A stretch of DNA of 64,000 nucleotides, from positions 3,839 through 67,838 of the forward strand of contig JAUSPI010000154.1 in the NCBI GenBank assembly GCA_030655775.1, written 5' to 3'. Under the pieces are notes generated by a model that made no database searches, was not told the DNA's origin, and saw only the letters and a list, made by a program, of their open reading frames with translations. Positions 29,689 to 39,539 of this stretch are shown one piece after another. A program made the position numbers and the translations under genes. The stretch is from Syntrophales bacterium. Its GTDB lineage: Bacteria > Desulfobacterota > Syntrophia > Syntrophales > JADFWA01. Numbering within the stretch: the first letter of the stretch is position 1; each line of letters starts with the position of its first letter.

Positions 29689-30948
29689 TTATAGCTCATC
29701 CGGGGCGCCAATCCTGCCCAGAACAGCAGATGCGGCCGCAATCAGAGGATTCGATAGATATACTTCACTCTTCGGATGACCCATTCTTCCTATAAAGTTT
29801 CTATTAGTTGTTGATAGTGCCTTTTCACCTTCAGCCAGGACACCCATATGTCCTCCCAGGCAGGGCCCACAACAGGGGGGACCAATCACGGCGCCGGCAT
29901 CGAGGAGCGCTTCAATAATCCCTTCCTGTATCGCTTTCTTGTATATCCAGGGAGACCCCGGTATAACTATAAGCCTCAGGCCGCGGGCAACTTTTCTTCC
30001 CTTTAAAATGCTTGCCGCATCACGCAAGTCTTCCAGCCAGCCGTTCGTACAGGATCCGATAAATACCTGATCGAGCGAAATGTGCCCCACCTTTGAAACA
30101 GGATAAACATTTGCCGGTGAGTGGGGAAATGCAACCTGCGGCTCAATTTCATCCACCATTATCTTCACTGTTTTTTCATACTTTGCATCACGGTCCCCTT
30201 TTACGATTAAGGGTTTTTCAGAAGATCTTTCCGCAACGTACTCTAAAGTTATTTCGTCCGGCTCTATAATCCCATTTTTCCCCCCGGCCTCCACAGCCAT
30301 ATTGGCCATTGTAAACCTTTGAGACATCGGAAGTTTTTTTATTACTTCACCCGCAAACTCGAGCGCACAGTAAAGAGCGCCTTCCACACCCAGTAAACCG
30401 ATAGTATAGAGGATCAGATCCTTGCCCACTACATTGGGCGGCAAGCTGCCATCGTATTCCACCCTGATGGTTGGAGGCACCTTCAGCCATATCTCGCCCG
30501 TCGCCATGACGGCACCCAGATCGGTACTGCCGACCCCCGTAGAAAATGCACCCAGAGCTCCGTATGTACACGTATGACTATCAGCACCGACGATCAGTTG
30601 TCCGGGCAAGACGAGTCCCTTCTCAGGGAGTATGACATGTTCAATCCCTGATTCACCACCCTCAAAGTAATTTTTTATCTCATGTTGTCCGGCAAAGTCA
30701 CGCATCAGCTTTACCTGCTGGGCCGATGGGATGTCTTTGTTCGGAACAAAATGGTCGGCTACCAGAGCTATCTTTTCGTTATCGAAGACTTTTTTTGTTC
30801 CAATCTTCTCGAATGTTTCGATTGCAAGGGGGGCTGTAATGTCATTGGCAAGCGCCATGTCGACTTTTACTTCTATTAAATCTCCAGGAGAAACCTTATC
30901 TACCCCTGCATGGAGCGCCAGAATTTTTTCTGTAATCGTCATTGGCAT
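29689..30948 (-). CDS. leuC: 3-isopropylmalate dehydratase large subunit
   Basis: 419 aa aconitase-family protein, with Cys ligand contexts (DSHTCT, GSCTNG, CGPCLG). Confidence 0.9.
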   Translation of the reverse strand: MPMTITEKILALHAGVDKVSPGDLIEVKVDMALANDITAPLAIETFEKIGTKKVFDNEKIALVADHFVPNKDIPSAQQVKLMRDFAGQHEIKNYFEGGESGIEHVILPEKGLVLPGQLIVGADSHTCTYGALGAFSTGVGSTDLGAVMATGEIWLKVPPTIRVEYDGSLPPNVVGKDLILYTIGLLGVEGALYCALEFAGEVIKKLPMSQRFTMANMAVEAGGKNGIIEPDEITLEYVAERSSEKPLIVKGDRDAKYEKTVKIMVDEIEPQVAFPHSPANVYPVSKVGHISLDQVFIGSCTNGWLEDLRDAASILKGRKVARGLRLIVIPGSPWIYKKAIQEGIIEALLDAGAVIGPPCCGPCLGGHMGVLAEGEKALSTTNRNFIGRMGHPKSEVYLSNPLIAAASAVLGRIGAPDEL

Positions 30949-31049
30949 GTCTGTTCCCTTCTCTCCTGCTTATTTTTATGGAGGTTCGACTCATATCAAA
31001 AGGATAAAAAAAGTCAACCGATTTTCAACGTCAGAAGATAAAAGATACC

Positions 31050-32597
31050 TTACTCAGCTTTAACATCTTTACGGTTATACGCTTTAAGGGATTCAAGTCT
31101 GTTTAAAGCGTTTATATACGCCTTGGCGGATGCCACAAGGACATCGGGATCTGTACCACGTCCTACAACTGAACGTCCATTGTATTTGAGTTGAACAGTA
31201 ACCACTCCCTGGGCATCTGTTCCCCCTGTTATCGCATTTACCGCGTATCTGAGGAGAGGGTGGCTTGTCTTCGTAATTTTCCTTATGGCAGCGATGGTCG
31301 CATCAACAGGGCCCACTCCAAAACCTGCCTCCTGTATCACCTCTCCGTCTATCTCCATCTGAACAGTCGCCGTTGGAATTGTCGCACTACCACTGACAAC
31401 GTTAAGATAAATCAATTTGTATTTCTCAGGTTTTCTGAATATATCATCAGAAATAATAGCTTCAATATCCTCATCAAATATCTCTTTCTTGACGTCTGCA
31501 AGCTCTTTGAATCGTTTAAAAATTTTGCCAACTTCCTCGTCGTCAAAATCATACCCCATCTTTTTAAGGTGTTCTTTCATCGCATGGCGACCCGAGTGTT
31601 TCCCCAGAACAATTTGGGTATCTGATACTCCCACTAATTGCGGGGTCATAATTTCATAAGTAGCCTTTTCCTTGAGCAGGCCATCCTGATGAATACCGGA
31701 TTCATGAGCAAAGGCATTTGCTCCCACAATTGCCTTGTTCGGCTGAACAGGTATACCGGTTATATCTATTAACAGCCTTGACGAGTGATAGATTTGCTCA
31801 GTCTTGATATTTGTATAAAGTCCGAAGAGGTCTTTCCTCGTTTCCAGAGACATAACAATCTCTTCGAGGGAAGCGTTTCCTGCCCGCTCCCCTATACCGT
31901 TTATAGCACACTCTACCTGTCTTGCCCCATGCTTCAGAGCAGACAGCGAATTCGCAACCGCCACACCGAGATCATTATGGCAGTGAACCGATATGATTGC
32001 ATTGCCAATATTTTTTACATTCTGAAAAAGATATGCTATTAATTCGCCGAATTCATCAGGCATGGCATATCCAACAGTATCGGGAATATTAACTGTGGTA
32101 GCTCCTGCAGCAATAACAGTTTCCACCATCTCACAAAGATAGCTTTTATCCGTTCTCGTTGCATCCATGGCCGAAAACTCCACGTTTTTCGTAAAGGCAC
32201 GGGCATGTTCCACGGCGGTACGGGCATCTTTTAGAACCTGCTCACGTGTCTTTTTTAACTGATGCTCGAGATGTATGTCAGATGAAGATATGAATGTGTG
32301 AATTCTGGGATTCGCCGCATCTTTAACTGCTTCCCATGCCCGATCAATATCTGCAAGATGTGTTCTGGCAAGTGCTGCAATCTGAAGGCCTCTGATCTCC
32401 CGGGCAATTTGCTGAACCGACGCAAAGTCCCCTTCCGAGGCAACCGGAAATCCAGCTTCAATAATATCTACACCGAGCCTTTCTAATTGCCTGGCAAATC
32501 TCAGTTTCTCCTCCATATTCATACTGAAACCAGGGGACTGTTCTCCATCTCTGAGAGTCGTATCGAATATGAAAACTTTATCTTTGTCCGATTTCAT
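31050..32597 (-). CDS. leuA: 2-isopropylmalate synthase
   Basis: [14 protein letters not shown] and [13 protein letters not shown] blocks, plus a C-terminal LeuA dimerisation/regulatory domain. Start set to ATG 32597 (GGAGGT 7 nt upstream) rather than 32612. Confidence 0.9.
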   Translation of the reverse strand: MKSDKDKVFIFDTTLRDGEQSPGFSMNMEEKLRFARQLERLGVDIIEAGFPVASEGDFASVQQIAREIRGLQIAALARTHLADIDRAWEAVKDAANPRIHTFISSSDIHLEHQLKKTREQVLKDARTAVEHARAFTKNVEFSAMDATRTDKSYLCEMVETVIAAGATTVNIPDTVGYAMPDEFGELIAYLFQNVKNIGNAIISVHCHNDLGVAVANSLSALKHGARQVECAINGIGERAGNASLEEIVMSLETRKDLFGLYTNIKTEQIYHSSRLLIDITGIPVQPNKAIVGANAFAHESGIHQDGLLKEKATYEIMTPQLVGVSDTQIVLGKHSGRHAMKEHLKKMGYDFDDEEVGKIFKRFKELADVKKEIFDEDIEAIISDDIFRKPEKYKLIYLNVVSGSATIPTATVQMEIDGEVIQEAGFGVGPVDATIAAIRKITKTSHPLLRYAVNAITGGTDAQGVVTVQLKYNGRSVVGRGTDPDVLVASAKAYINALNRLESLKAYNRKDVKAE

Positions 32598-32612
32598 TAT
32601 TTTTACCTCCAT

Positions 32613-32655
32613 CTAAAAATAAAAAGGCCATGGGCTTTGCCGCCCATGGCCTTTT
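32613..32655 (-). terminator. intrinsic terminator/attenuator immediately upstream of leuA
   Basis: Minus strand GGCCATGGGC, 6-nt loop, GCCCATGGCC, followed by TTTTTATTTTT. Confidence 0.65.
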
Positions 32656-32678
32656 AGTACTGTCTTGTTTTTATTAGT

Positions 32679-32792
32679 TCATCCTCTTATACAAACGGCG
32701 GGCGGCGGGTATAAGACACCTGTAAGGCTCAACAAGCACAAAAGCAGAAGGCCGTTTAAGTTAGATAGGTCTCTCTTCACACCACACATCAT
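32679..32792 (-). CDS. candidate Leu-rich leader peptide (37 aa) of leuA
   Basis: My translation gives MMCGVKRDLSNLNGLLLLCLLSLTGVLYPPPAVCIRG. 10 of 37 residues are Leu, four of them consecutive. Confidence 0.45.
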   Translation of the reverse strand: MMCGVKRDLSNLNGLLLLCLLSLTGVLYPPPAVCIRG

Positions 32793-32825
32793 CTTATAAA
32801 AATCCCCCGACATAAAAGTCTCAGC

Positions 32826-32854
32826 AGATTAAAATAAAAGAATATGGATGTCAA
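32826..32854 (-). promoter_or_regulatory. sigma70-like promoter of the leuA leader
   Basis: Minus strand TTGACA (32854..32849), 17-nt spacer, TAATCT (32831..32826). Directly after the cimA stop. Confidence 0.5.
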
Positions 32855-32863
32855 TTGTTTTTT

Positions 32864-34438
32864 TTACTTTTTTCCCTTACTCAATTTATATTGTATGCTG
32901 TCCACAAGGGCATGCCAGCTCGCCTCAATAATGTTTGAGGAGACCCCGATTGTGTTCCAGATTTCATCTTCATCCCTCGACTCCACCAGAACCCTTACTT
33001 TTGCCGCCGTTCCATCGGTTCCTTCCAGGATCCTCACCTTGAAATCCACCAGGTGCATCTTGTCAATTTCAGGATAAAATTTTCTTAACGCTTTCCTCAG
33101 GGCACTATCAAGGGCATTTACGGGACCATTCCCCTCTGCGGCTGTTATCTCTTCCTTTTCTCCGACCGATATCTTAATCATTGCCTGGGATTTGGATGAG
33201 CTTTCTTTTGTTTTTTCGTCGATGACACGGAAGGACTCCAGGACAAAAGGTTCCTTAAACTCACCCGTCACTTTTTTCATCAGTAGAGCAAGTGATCCTT
33301 CAGCAGCTTCAAACTGGTATCCCTGATCTTCCATGTTCTTTATCTCCTGAACAATTTTATTGCTATTGGAGACATCTTCTCCTAAAGAGATATTCAGCTC
33401 TCTCGATTTGTATTCTACATTGCTCCTTCCGGAGAGGTCTGAAATTAATACCCTCCGGTGGTTTCCCACGAGTTCAGGTTCAATATGTTCATAGGCTACA
33501 GGATTTTTTGAAATGGCGCTTACATGAATACCGCCTTTATGAGCGAATGCGCTTTTACCAACAAAAGGACTTGAATTAAGAGGGGGAATATTCGCTACAT
33601 CACTTACATAACGTGAGAGATTCGTAAGCTGTCTGATCGACGTCTCGGGCAGACACCTCTTATTCATTTTTAACTGGAGGTTACTGATTATAGAAATTAA
33701 GTCGGCATTTCCACACCTTTCTCCATAACCGTTTATCGTTCCCTGGACCATTCTTACTCCTGCCTCAACAGCCGACAGGGAATTGGCCACCGCAAGGTCG
33801 CAATCATTATGTACATGAATGCCTAAGAGGTGAGGAGGGATGGACGGGACAATTTCACTTATTATTTTAACCAATTCTCCATTAAGGGTACCTCCATTGG
33901 TATCACAGAGGACAATTATATCGGCACCGGCAGAGAGAGCCGTTTGAACGGTCTTGAGGGTATATTCAGAGTTATTTTTATATCCATCAAAGAAATGCTC
34001 GGCATCGTAGATTACTTCTTTTCCTTTCGATTTCAGATATTCAATGGTTTCTTGTATCATTAAAAGATTTTCCTTTAACGATACCCCGAGAATCTCAGTT
34101 GCGTGAAGATCCCAGCTTTTTCCAACAATTGTGACAGCCAGTGTTTCTGCATGAAGCAGGGCTTTCAGGTTCGGGCAATCCTCAGGAGAAGAATTGACCT
34201 TCCTGGTACTTCCAAAAGCCGTAAGGCGGGCATTTTTAAATTCCACATCCCGTGCAAGCTGAAAAAAGCGTATATCTTTCGGATTTGACCCCGGCCATCC
34301 ACCTTCGATATAATGAAAGCCCATATCATCCAGTCTACAAGCGATCCGCAATTTATCCTTTGCGGAAAAGTGGATGTTTTCTCCCTGCGCTCCGTCTCTC
34401 AAGGTTGTATCATAAATCAGCACATCCCATTTTTTCAT
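32864..34438 (-). CDS. cimA: (R)-citramalate synthase
   Basis: 524 aa LeuA-family enzyme with IYDTTLRDGAQGENI, the N-terminus typical of CimA-type enzymes. Placed ahead of leuACDB. Confidence 0.8.
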   Translation of the reverse strand: MKKWDVLIYDTTLRDGAQGENIHFSAKDKLRIACRLDDMGFHYIEGGWPGSNPKDIRFFQLARDVEFKNARLTAFGSTRKVNSSPEDCPNLKALLHAETLAVTIVGKSWDLHATEILGVSLKENLLMIQETIEYLKSKGKEVIYDAEHFFDGYKNNSEYTLKTVQTALSAGADIIVLCDTNGGTLNGELVKIISEIVPSIPPHLLGIHVHNDCDLAVANSLSAVEAGVRMVQGTINGYGERCGNADLISIISNLQLKMNKRCLPETSIRQLTNLSRYVSDVANIPPLNSSPFVGKSAFAHKGGIHVSAISKNPVAYEHIEPELVGNHRRVLISDLSGRSNVEYKSRELNISLGEDVSNSNKIVQEIKNMEDQGYQFEAAEGSLALLMKKVTGEFKEPFVLESFRVIDEKTKESSSKSQAMIKISVGEKEEITAAEGNGPVNALDSALRKALRKFYPEIDKMHLVDFKVRILEGTDGTAAKVRVLVESRDEDEIWNTIGVSSNIIEASWHALVDSIQYKLSKGKK

Positions 34439-34456
34439 TAGTATTAACCTCCCTCA

Positions 34457-34499
34457 AACTAAAAAATCCGTTACCAGTGAACCTGATAACGGATTTTTA
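34457..34499 (-). terminator. intrinsic terminator/attenuator immediately upstream of cimA
   Basis: Minus strand 12-bp stem ATCCGTTATCAG/CTGGTAACGGAT (one G-U pair), 5-nt loop, then TTTTTT. The GAGGGAGG RBS follows. Confidence 0.65.
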
Positions 34500-34528
34500 T
34501 GCTAAACAGTTAAAACACTACACCATTA

Positions 34529-34591
34529 TCAGGTCTCCCATGCATTGGGCCTAATTATCCCGCATATAATGGCAATAGTATTTTTAAACAT
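34529..34591 (-). CDS. candidate Ile-rich leader peptide (20 aa) of cimA
   Basis: My translation gives MFKNTIAIICGIIRPNAWET. Five Ile fall within eight residues. Confidence 0.45.
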   Translation of the reverse strand: MFKNTIAIICGIIRPNAWET

Positions 34592-34716
34592 GTTGATCTT
34601 TTTATCCTCTGCTTCTAAATATATTTCACAATATAATTTCATTTTCCGTTTGTCAAACAAAAAATAGGTTTCGTGTTATAATATATGGATAATTCTCTAT
34701 CAAAGAGGTGTGCATT

Positions 34717-34959
34717 ATGAAAGAATTTACTGTCAGCAGGACTAAAGCCTTAAAGGAAAATCTTTATTGTGGCAACTGCGGCACGTGGATATATTGCCCC
34801 GAGATGAACTCCAGGATGGAAAACGAAAAGGGTGAAATAACAGAACAGATTGGGGAAGGCTGTCTACATCAGAATGATAAAGGGGATTTTCTGGAATGCC
34901 CTGATTGTAAGAGCCATTATTATCTGAGTGTAACTACTCAGGTATCCAGTAGTCAGTAG
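34717..34959 (+). CDS. small zinc-ribbon protein (80 aa), uncertain
   Basis: Two CxxC pairs (CGNCG...CPDCK). AAAGAGG RBS. TGtTATAAT extended -10 at 34674-34682. The last ~12 codons lie inside the arm of repeat element D. Confidence 0.4.
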   Translation: MKEFTVSRTKALKENLYCGNCGTWIYCPEMNSRMENEKGEITEQIGEGCLHQNDKGDFLECPDCKSHYYLSVTTQVSSSQ

Positions 34960-35153
34960 TCAGAATAAAAGCAGTATGTAACGCTGACAAATTACTGATT
35001 TCTTCAATTATGAAGCAACATCCTGCACGGCAGAATTTGGGGAACAGACTCTACGTCATTCGATGTTTAAAGCCTTTTGCTGGACGGTTTTTATTTTTTC
35101 TTCTGTCTACTGAATTCTTGCTTCTGACTCCTGAGTAGTTACATCTGAGTGAG
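34924..35153. repeat. inverted short-tandem-repeat element D (arms with GTAACTACTCAGG and CAGTAGT units)
   Basis: Left arm 34924-34965 and right arm 35101-35153. They share an exact 13-bp inverted core plus imperfect flanks. ~135-nt core. Confidence 0.75.
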
Positions 35154-35206
35154 TAATCCAGGGAAATAAAGCACAGGATATAAGGGGGCAACCCTCCATC
35201 CTTCTG

Positions 35207-36649
35207 CTATTCTTCTTCGGCATTTTCTATAGCAAAAGTGTTTCTGTCTGATAATTGCACTGGGCGTGAAGACCTGTCAATACTTTCCAGCGTATCAATA
35301 TCGCTTCCAGTTGAAACCCCCAATTCTTTAAACTTGCGTGCAGCAACGAGAAACCGCCCTTCAAAAGAACCGACTGCCTTATTGTAATTATCAACCGTTC
35401 TATCCAGATTTTTTCCTAAATTTGAGAAATGACCGGCAAGGGTGGCTATACGATCATACAATGTTTTCCCAAGATTGCTTATCTCCTGAACATTTTCCGC
35501 AATCTGTTCCTGCCTCCATCCATAGGCAACAGCCCGCAACAGAGCAATGAGTGTCGTCGGAGTGGCCAAAATCACGCGCCGATCCACACCGAACTCTATC
35601 AAACTCGGGTCTTGTTCAAGTGCCGCACTGAAAAAAGTTTCACCCGGCAAAAAGAGAACTACAAAATCGGGAGTCGGATCAAACTGCTCCCAATACGTTT
35701 TTGTACTGAGCTGCGATAGATGCGTGCGGATATGGCGTGCGTGATCTTTAAGTTTTTTCAGCTTAGCCGTTTCGTCTTGCGTCTCCAATGCTTCAAGGTA
35801 GGCTTGCAATGGAGCTTTGGAGTCTACCACTATATTTTTGCTGTTGGGAAGCTTAATGACCATATCCGGCCTCAGTCGGCCGTCTTCAGTTGTAACCGAT
35901 TCCTGCTGAATAAAATCACAGTATTCAATCATTCCGGCAATTTCAACCACCCGTTTAAGCTGTATTTCACCCCAACGACCACGAACCGTTGGAGTTCGAA
36001 GTGCCTTTACAAGATTAGCCGTTTCACTCTGAAGCTGGATTTGTGTGGTGGCGAGTGATCTTACTTGTTCGGTCAGGGTGGAATAGGCGGTAGTACGGGA
36101 TTTTTCTATTTCGTGAATTTTGCTGTCAACCTTTTCCAGGGATTCTTTCAATGGTTTAACGAGTTCGTCTATTGCCTTCTGGCGCATTTGTAAATCACCT
36201 TTGGCGCCTTCCTGAAACTTTTCAAGTGTTTCTTTCGCCAGTTCTAAAAAGGATTGATTATTACTTCTAAGCGCGTCCAGCGATAGTGCTTTAAAAGCAT
36301 CGGTTAATTTCTGCTGCGCTTCATTAAGAAGGGCAAGCTTTTCTTCAGCAGCCTTACGTTCTTCATGAAGTCTTGTTTCAAATTCTGACAGTTTTGTCTT
36401 GAGTTCCGTATTTTCACCTTGGAGTTTTATCGCAAATTCTTCTCTCGCCCTCATAACTGATTCGAGGTTTTGCAATTGTTCTTCCCTGTTTTGAAGCCGC
36501 TCAGTAATAGTAGACTTCTCGACCTGACCCTCCAGTTTTACCCTTTCAATAGTACCCTGGTTCTTTTGTTTAAGAACAAGAAAGGTTAATGCGCCCCCGG
36601 ATAAGATTCCAACAAATACTAAAATCAAAAACAAAATAATATTTTCCAT
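35207..36649 (-). CDS. rmuC: DNA recombination protein RmuC
   Basis: N-terminal TM helix, long coiled coil, and a C-terminal RmuC nuclease-like region. ATG 36649 is preceded by GAGGA. Confidence 0.8.
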   Translation of the reverse strand: MENIILFLILVFVGILSGGALTFLVLKQKNQGTIERVKLEGQVEKSTITERLQNREEQLQNLESVMRAREEFAIKLQGENTELKTKLSEFETRLHEERKAAEEKLALLNEAQQKLTDAFKALSLDALRSNNQSFLELAKETLEKFQEGAKGDLQMRQKAIDELVKPLKESLEKVDSKIHEIEKSRTTAYSTLTEQVRSLATTQIQLQSETANLVKALRTPTVRGRWGEIQLKRVVEIAGMIEYCDFIQQESVTTEDGRLRPDMVIKLPNSKNIVVDSKAPLQAYLEALETQDETAKLKKLKDHARHIRTHLSQLSTKTYWEQFDPTPDFVVLFLPGETFFSAALEQDPSLIEFGVDRRVILATPTTLIALLRAVAYGWRQEQIAENVQEISNLGKTLYDRIATLAGHFSNLGKNLDRTVDNYNKAVGSFEGRFLVAARKFKELGVSTGSDIDTLESIDRSSRPVQLSDRNTFAIENAEEE

Positions 36650-36699
36650 AACAACTTCCTCGCTTTTCATCCCTTCTCTGATAAAAAGTACCGGACAAA

Positions 36700-36810
36700 G
36701 TGAAGCTCCCCGCTCACAGGGCGAGGCTTCCCGGTAAGGAACATGTTTGTTTTATATTGCGCCCCTTGCCCCGCCTACAAGGCGGGACTTGCGGGTGCGC
36801 TCCCGGTCAC
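36700..36810 (+). repeat. ~110-bp double-hairpin repeat, full copy (orientation A)
   Basis: Sequence GTGAAGCTCCCCGCTCACAGGGCGAGGCTTCCCGGTAAGGAACATGTTTGTTTTATATTGCGCCCCTTGCCCCGCCTACAAGGCGGGACTTGCGGGTGCGCTCCCGGTCAC. Confidence 0.9.
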
Positions 36811-36816
36811 CTTTCA

Positions 36817-38442
36817 TCAAAAGATAAAATCGGTTGAAAGGAAGTTGGATTTATGTTCCCGTACAATACGTGTAATGATTTCCCGGTTAATATCCACTCC
36901 CTTTGCTGCTACTAATGTCCTGATTGAAAATACCCGCAATGCATCCGACACAGAAAGAGTGCCTTCAGCGGAATCTTTTCTTCCCGTGAACGGAAACGTG
37001 TCAGGGCCTCGTTGACACTGGCTGTTAATATTGACTCTGCATACCTGATTGACCAGGGGATCGATAAGGTGTGCTATCGTTTCGTGATCCCTGCCGAAAA
37101 TGCTCACCTGCTGTCCATAATTTGAGTCAATAATATACTTTATCGGCTCCTCAATATCATCAAAAGGAAGAACAGGAATAACCGGTCCAAATTGCTCTTC
37201 CCAGCAAACTCTCATCTCAGGATTGACAGGATACAAAACCGCCGGATAAAAAAATGATTCATTTACAGTGCCGCCCCCTTCATTAACGACCCTGGCTCCT
37301 AAACGGGTGGCATCTTCAATCAGTTCCGTTAAATATTTCGGCTTATCGGATTCCGGCAGAGGCGTTATATTAACGTTATCTTCCCATGGCATACCGAATT
37401 TTAATTTGCCAATCTCTTCTGTAAATCTATCAAGAAACGAATCTACCAACCCGGAATGCACAAATAATATTTTAAGCGCAGTACAACGCTGTCCATTATA
37501 TGAAAGGCTTCCTGAAATACACTCCTTGACGGCCAATTCCAAATCAGCATCCGGGAGAATGATACCTGCATTTTTTGCCTCCAATCCGAGAACGCAACGC
37601 AGCCGGTGAGGTTTTGGATGCTGTTTTTTTAATATATCTGCCACCTTGCTTGTCCCAATAAAAGCTAAAACATTTATTTTCCCGGAAGACATCAATGGAG
37701 CAATAACTCTGCGGGCATCACCATAAACAGTGTTTACAACCCCCTTTGGAAACGATTCCTTAAATGCCTCCAGCAGCGGCCGATGAAGCAATACTCCTAA
37801 TTTTGGAGGTTTAAAAATTACCGTATTCCCCATTATTAGAGCGGGAATAAACGTGGTGAAGGTTTCATTCAGGGGATAATTAAAAGGCCCCATACACAGG
37901 ACAACGCCCATGGGGGCTCTGCGGATCTGTGCAACAATTCCCTGTTCAATTTGAAACCTGGAGGAAGTGCGATCCAAATCCTTTAATGCATCTACAGTAT
38001 CCCGTATGTAGTCAACCGTTCTGTCAAATTCCTTTTCAGAATCCTTGTAAGATTTCCCAATCTCCCACATCAACAGGTTAACAATCTCGGCTTTCTTTTG
38101 CTTCATCCGGTATGCAAATTCTTCAATGTGCCGGATTCTTTCTCCTGTGGACATTGTAGGCCAGAGCCCTCTTCCGTTATCGTAAGCTTTTACTGCAGAA
38201 TCAAGCGCTTCCTCCGCTATCTCTTCCGTCAAAAGCGGGTATCGGCCTATCAATTTCCGGGATAGTCCTGACGACGTTTTAATGCAAACCGGAGAAAAAA
38301 CTTCCCGCATCGGGCCATCCCAGTAACGCAAGTCTCCATTGATCAGATATTCCGTTTGATCATAAGGTGTTTCAAAATTAAAGTCGGCTGGTATATCTTT
38401 CTCTTCCGGAAACATCTCCTTAATATTTTCTTGAAGTTTCAT
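36817..38442 (-). CDS. non-phosphorylating NADP-dependent glyceraldehyde-3-phosphate dehydrogenase-like aldehyde dehydrogenase
   Basis: 541 aa ALDH superfamily protein (GLEAKN, NGQRCTA catalytic contexts). C-terminal [17 protein letters not shown] block as in GapN-type enzymes. Confidence 0.75.
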   Translation of the reverse strand: MKLQENIKEMFPEEKDIPADFNFETPYDQTEYLINGDLRYWDGPMREVFSPVCIKTSSGLSRKLIGRYPLLTEEIAEEALDSAVKAYDNGRGLWPTMSTGERIRHIEEFAYRMKQKKAEIVNLLMWEIGKSYKDSEKEFDRTVDYIRDTVDALKDLDRTSSRFQIEQGIVAQIRRAPMGVVLCMGPFNYPLNETFTTFIPALIMGNTVIFKPPKLGVLLHRPLLEAFKESFPKGVVNTVYGDARRVIAPLMSSGKINVLAFIGTSKVADILKKQHPKPHRLRCVLGLEAKNAGIILPDADLELAVKECISGSLSYNGQRCTALKILFVHSGLVDSFLDRFTEEIGKLKFGMPWEDNVNITPLPESDKPKYLTELIEDATRLGARVVNEGGGTVNESFFYPAVLYPVNPEMRVCWEEQFGPVIPVLPFDDIEEPIKYIIDSNYGQQVSIFGRDHETIAHLIDPLVNQVCRVNINSQCQRGPDTFPFTGRKDSAEGTLSVSDALRVFSIRTLVAAKGVDINREIITRIVREHKSNFLSTDFIF

Positions 38443-38482
38443 CTAAAGACACTCCTTTCAGTACCACAACATAAAGATATCG

Positions 38483-38683
38483 CTACCCTCGCTGTCGCCT
38501 TGCTGTAACAGTTTCCCCGCCAATCCCCCAATTATCAGTTTTGACTTCATCAATGACAACTACTGTAGTTTGAGGATTTTTTCCCAAGATATCCGAAAGT
38601 AACCTGGTTGCTCCTTCAATAAGCTGAGCTTTCTGCTTTTGTGTAACTCCTTCATCCGTTATCTTAATATTTACGTACGGCAT
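38483..38683 (-). CDS. 4-oxalocrotonate tautomerase family protein
   Basis: 66 aa. Pro-1 (MPYVNIKIT...) and typical length. Confidence 0.8.
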   Translation of the reverse strand: MPYVNIKITDEGVTQKQKAQLIEGATRLLSDILGKNPQTTVVVIDEVKTDNWGIGGETVTARRQRG

Positions 38684-38710
38684 AGCATCCTCCCCTTTCT
38701 TCTTTGCTTT

Positions 38711-38956
38711 CTATATAAAATCAATAAGTTGATCAACTACAGCAGGCTGGTCCAATAAAACAACCTTAGGCTCTATTCTCTTTAATTCTCCAATATCCCA
38801 CTTATCATCGTTTTTCAGCAATTCCAGGGCTTCGTCTTTGGAATTCGCCAGTATTATAACTTCTGCCTCGATATAGTTATCTTTGTAAACGTGGGGTTCA
38901 TCGAACATAGACCAACTGGAGAATCTCTTACTGTGCCGCCAAATAAAGATTTTCAT
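38711..38956 (-). CDS. hypothetical protein (81 aa)
   Basis: ORF in an operon-like array with its neighbours. No family recognised. Confidence 0.45.
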   Translation of the reverse strand: MKIFIWRHSKRFSSWSMFDEPHVYKDNYIEAEVIILANSKDEALELLKNDDKWDIGELKRIEPKVVLLDQPAVVDQLIDFI

Positions 38957-39021
38957 AAAGCACCTCTTACTATCTTAGATTATCTTGGGGTAGTACCTTT
39001 ATCATTTCTATCAATTATACC

Positions 39022-39300
39022 TCAGACAAATTTGATGACAAGGTGGGGAAACTCTTTTTTGAATTCCCCTTCAAGGCTTGTCCGGATGGTGGACATGATA
39101 GCCATAGCGATGCCCGCGCAGGTAAGACACTTGGGCCGGTGGCTGAGAAAATCGGTAAAAATATACATTTCCTTCTTTTCTTCGTTGTAGCGGACTTTCT
39201 GCACTATTCCCAGCCTGGCAACGGAGAGACCGCTTTCCGGATCTTTCACCCTTTCAAGAACTGAATCTATCTTTTTTGCCATTTCGGGATCTATCATCAT
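39022..39300 (-). CDS. DUF59/MIP18-like (Fe-S assembly SufT-like) small protein
   Basis: 92 aa. The VKDPESGLSVARLGIV block resembles DUF59 proteins. Recognition-level only. Confidence 0.5.
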   Translation of the reverse strand: MMIDPEMAKKIDSVLERVKDPESGLSVARLGIVQKVRYNEEKKEMYIFTDFLSHRPKCLTCAGIAMAIMSTIRTSLEGEFKKEFPHLVIKFV

Positions 39301-39539
39301 CGATCCTCTATACCGATTTTTTACAGCATAGCGTCTCCACCAGAAGGAACATAACCAGCAATGTGTCAGTACCGCTCTGATAAATAAATATGGTGAGCAG
39401 CTTTTTCATTTTTTGCCTCCCCGTTGAGGCGGCGTGCAGCGTGTGTCGCCTTAATCTGCAATATGCAGATAATGGCATATTATATATAATACTTTTCTTT
39501 ATTGCTACCTTTCCGAACCTGCCAGGGGTCCAGGGAACC

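Noticed and set aside
32598-32860. T-box riboswitch as an explanation for the leuA (and cimA, 34439-34660) leaders
   Set aside because: I could not find the conserved T-box core (AGGGTGGTACCGCG-like) or a convincing specifier-loop/AGAGA-box arrangement. The nearest string (GGTGTCTTATACCCGCCG) has insertions. This needs an Infernal scan for certainty.
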